From NCBI GenBank assembly GCA_964535555.1, contig CAZHUS010000011.1:16804-80803 (forward strand): 64,000 bases of DNA, given 5' to 3'. The notes beneath the pieces are model-generated. The model was not told the DNA's origin and made no database searches. It was given only the letters and a program-made list of their open reading frames with translations. The position numbers were made by a program, and so were the translations under genes. Within the stretch, counting starts at the first letter, position 1; every line of letters begins with the position of its first letter. The DNA comes from an uncultured Verrucomicrobiota bacterium (GTDB lineage: Bacteria; Verrucomicrobiota; Verrucomicrobiia; Limisphaerales; J093). Shown here one piece after another: positions 59,772 through 64,000 of the stretch.

Positions 59772-59826
59772 GGGCGGGTACTCCGCTGCCCGCCGATCCG
59801 GCGCGCAACGGACTGCGCGCCCTACC
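59772..59826. repeat. REPIN-like doublet of inverted REP hairpins
   Basis: GGGCGGGTACTCCGCTGCCCGCC - gatcc - GGCGCGCAACGGACTGCGCGCCCTACC. These are two copies of the GGCGGGCA-N6-TGCCCGCC hairpin in opposite orientation. Confidence 0.7.
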
Positions 59827-59881
59827 TTGGAAGCCCGGCTCGTAGCCCCTGCGCAGGTCCCAGGAGACAAGGACGATCTTT

Positions 59882-62365
59882 ATGTACGCGTTGTGCGCCA
59901 TCCGGGTGACCGCGGCGCTGGCGATCGCCGGCGGCGCGAGCGGGTCCGAACTTTCGTTGCCAAATCCCGGCACGCCCTGGCCGGCTACGGACGCGCTCGG
60001 CCGGGTCTTGCCGCTCGCTCCGGAGGTCGGACCTCCGCGAACCGATCGGTTCGTGGGCATCTTCTACTTCACGTGGCAGAGCACCGAGGTGCGTTCGGGA
60101 AAGGCCGATGGCAATCCCTACGACGTGTCACAGATCCTGGCTGCGGATCCCGACGCGCTTCGCAAGCCCGGTTCCCCGCTGTGGGGGCCGATCGGCACGT
60201 ACCATTTCTGGGCGGAACCCCTCCTCGGCTACTATGCGAACACCGATCCCTGGGTGGTTCGCCGCCATGCCCACTGGCTGGCCGACGCGGGCGTCGACAC
60301 GCTCATCTTCGACGCCACGAACGCCCAGACTTACCGGCACGTTTACACCCCGCTCTGCGAGATGTTTGAGCAGGTGAGGCGCGACGGCGGCCGCACGCCC
60401 CAGATTGCGTTCATGGTCAACACCGCGGCTGGCCCGACGGCTGACACGCTCTACCGCGAGCTTTACCTTCCCGGCAAACATCGCGATCTCTGGTTTCACT
60501 GGCAGGGCAAGCCGCTGCTCCTGTGCGACCCCGCGGAAGCGCGACCTGAATGGAAGGACTTCTTCACGCTGCGCCGCGCCCATTGGCCGTTCACCCTCAC
60601 CAACACGCCCTACGCCTGGCATTGGGAGGCCACCTTCCCCCAGCCCTACGGCTACACCGACGACCCGGCCAAGCCTGAACAGGTGAATGTCTCGGTCGCT
60701 CAGAACCTGCGCCAGGAAGACGGACGCGTGACGAACATGAGCGACGGCAACGCCCGCGGCCGCAACTTCCACGATGGCCGCATGGATGCCGCCCCGGACG
60801 CGGTGAACTGGGGCCATAATTTCCAGGAACAATGGCAGCGGGCCTTCGAACTCCAGCCGCCCTTTGTGATGGTGACCGGTTGGAACGAGTGGATCGCCGG
60901 ACGTTGGGGCAAACCGGATGGGCCGCTGGTTTTTGTCGATCAACTCGACCAGCAGTTCAGCCGCGACATTGAACCCATGCGCGGCGGCCACGGCGACAAC
61001 TATTACCTGCAACTGGTCGCCAACGTGCGTCGCTTCAAGGGCGCACCGGCGCTGCCCGCGGCCTCGGCTCCGGTAAGGAACAAGGCCAGCTCCCCCGGGG
61101 ATTGGGAAGGTGTCGAACCCGTCTTCGACGACGCCGTCGGCGATACCGCCCCGCGCGATCATCGCGGCGTGCTCGCCCTCCACTACGCCGACGCCTCCGG
61201 ACGCAACGACATCGTCCAATGCCAGGTAGCTCGCGACGATGGACGGCTCTACTTCCGGGTCCAAACACGAGAGCCGCTCACGCCCTCCACGGGAACAAAT
61301 TGGATGTGGCTGTTGCTGGACACGGACCAGAACCGCTCGACGGGTTGGGAAGGCTACGACTTCATCGCCAACCGCACCCGCGATGCCGACGGAGCATGGC
61401 TCGAACGCAACGTAGGCGGGGCCTGGAACTGGGAGAAAGTCCTCCCGGTACGGTCTTTCACCCGCGACGGCGAGCTCCAACTCGTCATCTTGCGGACGGC
61501 GCTGGGGCTCAACCGGGGCCCAGGCCCGCTGACGCTCGACTTCAAGTGGGCGGACAACGTTCAGCAACCCGGCGACATCCTCGACTTCTACGTCCACGGC
61601 GACGTCGCCCCGGAGGGACGCTTCAATTATCGCTACGTGGTATCCGGGTCAGAGGCTGCACCCTCCACCGGGCGAACGACCGCTCCGCCCGCGCAGGTCA
61701 TGACCCTGGATCCTCCCGAGCAGGGCTTTTTCGCCAAGCGACTGGATTACGAGGGTATTCCGATCAAGGCCTCTGCCGTGGTGGTGGACGAGGCGCTGTT
61801 CGCCGCTCACGGCCGGCTGTCGATGATGCTCAGCAATCTCCCGAGTGTCCGCGTGAATCTCCGCCAGGCTGGCGCCGAGTTGCACATCATCGGACGCGAC
61901 CAGGTGACCACCGACCTGCCGGAGTGGCGCCAGGACAAGGGCAAACCCCTCGCCGAGTACCACGGCCTCACCCGCGACCAACGAACGCGCGGCATGGGTG
62001 GGCTCCTGACCTCGTGTGGCGAGGAAAACCTGCTCCGGCTCGAGAAGGACCGGTATCGTGGCCGGGACATCTGCGTCCATGAGTTCGCGCACAACATTCT
62101 CCAACACGGCGTGGCGCGTGAGGTGCGGCAGAAAGTCCGCGAACAGCACCGGCGTTCACTGGATCGGGGGCTTTGGGTGGAGTCCTACGCGGGCTCGAAT
62201 CCGCACGAATTTTTCGCCGAGCTGGCCATGTGGTACTTCGGCACGCATGGCGACATGGGCATGAAAGGTCCCAAGCCCGAGAGCGGACGCGAGGGATTGC
62301 GGGCCTATGACTCCGAGGCATTCACGCTGCTGGATGACGTGTTCAGCGGGCGCTTCGAGCCGTAG
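59882..62365 (+). CDS. secreted two-part protein: N-terminal glycosidase-like region plus a C-terminal HExxH zincin-like domain
   Basis: Signal peptide MYALCAIRVTAALAIAGGASG. N-terminal part: FVGIFYFTWQ...YHFWAEPLLGYYANTDPWVVRRHAHWLADAGVDTLIFDATN. C-terminal part: ICVHEFAHNILQHG...NPHEFFAELAMWYFG. Confidence 0.6.
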   Translation: MYALCAIRVTAALAIAGGASGSELSLPNPGTPWPATDALGRVLPLAPEVGPPRTDRFVGIFYFTWQSTEVRSGKADGNPYDVSQILAADPDALRKPGSPLWGPIGTYHFWAEPLLGYYANTDPWVVRRHAHWLADAGVDTLIFDATNAQTYRHVYTPLCEMFEQVRRDGGRTPQIAFMVNTAAGPTADTLYRELYLPGKHRDLWFHWQGKPLLLCDPAEARPEWKDFFTLRRAHWPFTLTNTPYAWHWEATFPQPYGYTDDPAKPEQVNVSVAQNLRQEDGRVTNMSDGNARGRNFHDGRMDAAPDAVNWGHNFQEQWQRAFELQPPFVMVTGWNEWIAGRWGKPDGPLVFVDQLDQQFSRDIEPMRGGHGDNYYLQLVANVRRFKGAPALPAASAPVRNKASSPGDWEGVEPVFDDAVGDTAPRDHRGVLALHYADASGRNDIVQCQVARDDGRLYFRVQTREPLTPSTGTNWMWLLLDTDQNRSTGWEGYDFIANRTRDADGAWLERNVGGAWNWEKVLPVRSFTRDGELQLVILRTALGLNRGPGPLTLDFKWADNVQQPGDILDFYVHGDVAPEGRFNYRYVVSGSEAAPSTGRTTAPPAQVMTLDPPEQGFFAKRLDYEGIPIKASAVVVDEALFAAHGRLSMMLSNLPSVRVNLRQAGAELHIIGRDQVTTDLPEWRQDKGKPLAEYHGLTRDQRTRGMGGLLTSCGEENLLRLEKDRYRGRDICVHEFAHNILQHGVAREVRQKVREQHRRSLDRGLWVESYAGSNPHEFFAELAMWYFGTHGDMGMKGPKPESGREGLRAYDSEAFTLLDDVFSGRFEP

Positions 62366-62374
62366 TCGTCACCA

Positions 62375-62640
62375 AGGTAGGGCGGGCAGTCCGTTGCGCG
62401 TTGGGTTCCGAATTCTACGGGGGTGGTGTAAGACTGCGGCCCGGCCGCCTCCTGACGTCGGCGCCTACAGTACTTTGGGCCGGCCGCCTCCTGACGTCGG
62501 CGCCTACAGATCCGGGGACTCTAGGGACCGCCTCCTCACGTCGGCGCCTACAGAGGTAAGCCCGGTGCCCTCACCGGGCGGTTCATGGTTCCAGGTCGGG
62601 CGGGCGGGGTGCGGCGGGCAACGGAGTGCCCGCCCTACCT
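62375..62640. repeat. MITE-like composite element bounded by inverted REP hairpins, with an internal triple tandem repeat
   Basis: The left end is AGGTAGGGCGGGCAGTCCGTTGCGCG. The right end is GGCGGGCAACGGAGTGCCCGCCCTACCT, the reverse complement apart from 3 mismatches. Internally there are three copies of (G)CCGCCTCCT(G/C)ACGTCGGCGCCTACAG at 62438-62470, 62477-62509 and 62524-62553, then the hairpin CCCGGTGCCCTCACCGGGCGG. Confidence 0.8.
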
Positions 62641-62651
62641 CACCTCGGCGT

Positions 62652-63467
62652 CTACGACGGCCTTGCTTCCCGATGTTGGCGATTGAAGGCCACGCAGTCA
62701 GCGTAGGTCACACCGGTGCCGCCGAAGAGGTCGAGCGCCGACCCGATGGTCAGGTCCACGCGACCCTTCCCGAGCTTCGTCACCCGTTCCAGATCCGCGA
62801 GCGACCTCGCGCCGCCCGCATACGTCATGGGCAATGGGGTCCACTCGCCGAGCCGCGCCACCAGCTCCTCGTCGATGCCGCGGCACAGTCCTTCCACGTC
62901 CACGGCGTGCACCAGGAATTCGGCGCACGATCCTGCCAGCGCTTCCAACACCTGCCGACCGAGTTCCAACTCGGTGAACTTCTGGAACCGGTCCGTCACC
63001 ACGAAGTAACGCCCGTCGCGAACCCGGCAGCTCAGGTCCAGAACCAACCGCTCCCGCCCGACGGTGCGGACCATGGCTGCCAGGCGTTCCTGGTCGAGCC
63101 TGCCCTCGCGAAAGACCCAGGAAGTGACGATCACGTGGGAGGCGCCGGCGTCGAGCCAGGTCCGGGCATTTCCGGCATTCACGCCGCCGCCGACGTGGAA
63201 CCCTCCCGGGAAGGCCCCGAGTGCTTCGCGGGCAGCCGACTCGTTGCCCGGGCCGAGCATGATGACATGGCCGCCGCGCAGGTCGTCCTGGCGGTAGAGC
63301 GCGGCAAACCAGCTCGCGGGGCGATGGGAGACGAAGTTGGTGCGCAACGCGGCGGCGTCGCTCGTAAGCGATCCGCCCACGATCTGCTTCACCTGCCCTT
63401 CGTGGAGATCGATGCAGGGTCGAAACACGTCCGGCTCGGATGCGTGCGCCCGGAGCGTCCCGGGCAC
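62652..63467 (-). CDS. hisA: ProFAR isomerase (HisA), His6/eukaryote-like long form
   Basis: FRPCIDLHEGQVKQIVGG...HVGGGVN...ASHVIVTSWVF...LVLDLSCR...YAGGARSLADL. GTG start at 63467. Confidence 0.85.
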   Translation of the reverse strand: MPGTLRAHASEPDVFRPCIDLHEGQVKQIVGGSLTSDAAALRTNFVSHRPASWFAALYRQDDLRGGHVIMLGPGNESAAREALGAFPGGFHVGGGVNAGNARTWLDAGASHVIVTSWVFREGRLDQERLAAMVRTVGRERLVLDLSCRVRDGRYFVVTDRFQKFTELELGRQVLEALAGSCAEFLVHAVDVEGLCRGIDEELVARLGEWTPLPMTYAGGARSLADLERVTKLGKGRVDLTIGSALDLFGGTGVTYADCVAFNRQHREARPS

Positions 63468-64000
63468 TTACAGGCCCACGACTTCCCAGCCCTTGCGGTA
63501 GGTGCGGCGCACGTGGGCGTTCGCGGCCGGCACATTCTTGAACTTCACCGCGGCGGCATCCCACTCGAGGGTGGTCTTGGGGAACCGGGTGGCGACGCTG
63601 CCCAGAAGCACCGCCTCAGTCAGGGGACCGGCGTAGTCGAAGTTGGCGTCGGGGGTTCCCTTGCCGAGGCAGGCCTCCACCCACTGGTGCCAGTGATTGT
63701 CCCCGGTGATCTTGGGCAGTTCGAGATTCTCGAACTTGTCCTCAGGCAACAGGACCGGCATGCCGATGTGCGGGAGAAGCATCACGCCATTCGTGCCAAG
63801 GAAGATCGAACCCTGGTCCGGGAACGGGGTCGCGCCGAGCAACGCCTGGACTTCCTTGGGCGGGCGGGCCTTGCCGTCGTACCACGTCACGTTGACGGTC
63901 TTGCCTTCGGTGTAGGGCGTGCCCGGGAACACGTACGGGATCACCGCGTCCACCGCCCAGCTGTGGGCGTTCGGAGCGGGTCCCTCGGAACGCACGGTGA
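63468..64000 (-). CDS. Gfo/Idh/MocA-family oxidoreductase, C-terminal part (5' end beyond the window)
   Basis: The frame is open to the window edge, with stop TAA at 63468-63470. The C-terminus (...NVPAANAHVRRTYRKGWEVVGL) is paralogous to that of the 55672-57000 gene. Confidence 0.75.
   Translation of the reverse strand, partial: TVRSEGPAPNAHSWAVDAVIPYVFPGTPYTEGKTVNVTWYDGKARPPKEVQALLGATPFPDQGSIFLGTNGVMLLPHIGMPVLLPEDKFENLELPKITGDNHWHQWVEACLGKGTPDANFDYAGPLTEAVLLGSVATRFPKTTLEWDAAAVKFKNVPAANAHVRRTYRKGWEVVGL

Noticed and set aside
62438-62553. Three regularly spaced repeats of about 30 bp that superficially resemble a mini CRISPR array.
   Set aside because: There are only three units. The spacers, at about 6-14 bp, are far too short. 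The repeat is a dispersed module also found at 53172-53199 and 55504-55529. No cas genes are present in the window.

Overview
High-GC window (roughly mid-60s % by eye). It looks like a chromosomal segment from a PVC-type bacterium, probably Verrucomicrobiota-like, judging from a DUF1559 prepilin-like protein, Tat-signal Gfo/Idh/MocA oxidoreductases, GH127 and a Bat/MoxR operon. I call about 44 genes plus one tRNA-Gln.

Housekeeping content:
- nuoF-nuoG and nuoH-nuoI, as two separated pairs
- fumC, queE/queC/queF, proA, ilvD, hisA and glcD-like
- a xerC/D-like recombinase and a MacA/MacB-like efflux set
- an eight-gene minus-strand MoxR-DUF58-VWA (Bat-like) operon with several ATGA/GTGA start-stop overlaps

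Accessory or unusual content:
1. A 1546-aa single-polypeptide TIR-CHAT-STAND(NB-ARC-like)-TPR protein (2264-6904). Repeat-derived hairpin sequence is embedded in frame inside it.
2. A second TIR protein with an unknown beta-rich C-terminal domain, translationally coupled to an aldo/keto reductase (35870-38154). It sits beside an AT-rich island and an IS200/RAYT-type Y1 transposase.
3. A GNAT/FemAB-like acyltransferase coupled to a one-module C-A-T-TE NRPS whose thioesterase nucleophile is Cys (22923-27838). Two copies of an inverted-repeat element bracket this pair. One copy supplies the last codons and stop of both the NRPS and the convergent fumC.
4. ilvD carrying an insertion of about 130-180 aa with an NTF2/SnoaL-like signature.
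5. Several families of GC-rich REP/REPIN/MITE-like palindromic repeats filling many intergenic gaps.
6. A xylose-isomerase-like pseudogene.

All domain calls come from motif recognition by eye. No searches were run. Many long antisense shadow ORFs typical of high-GC DNA were discarded.
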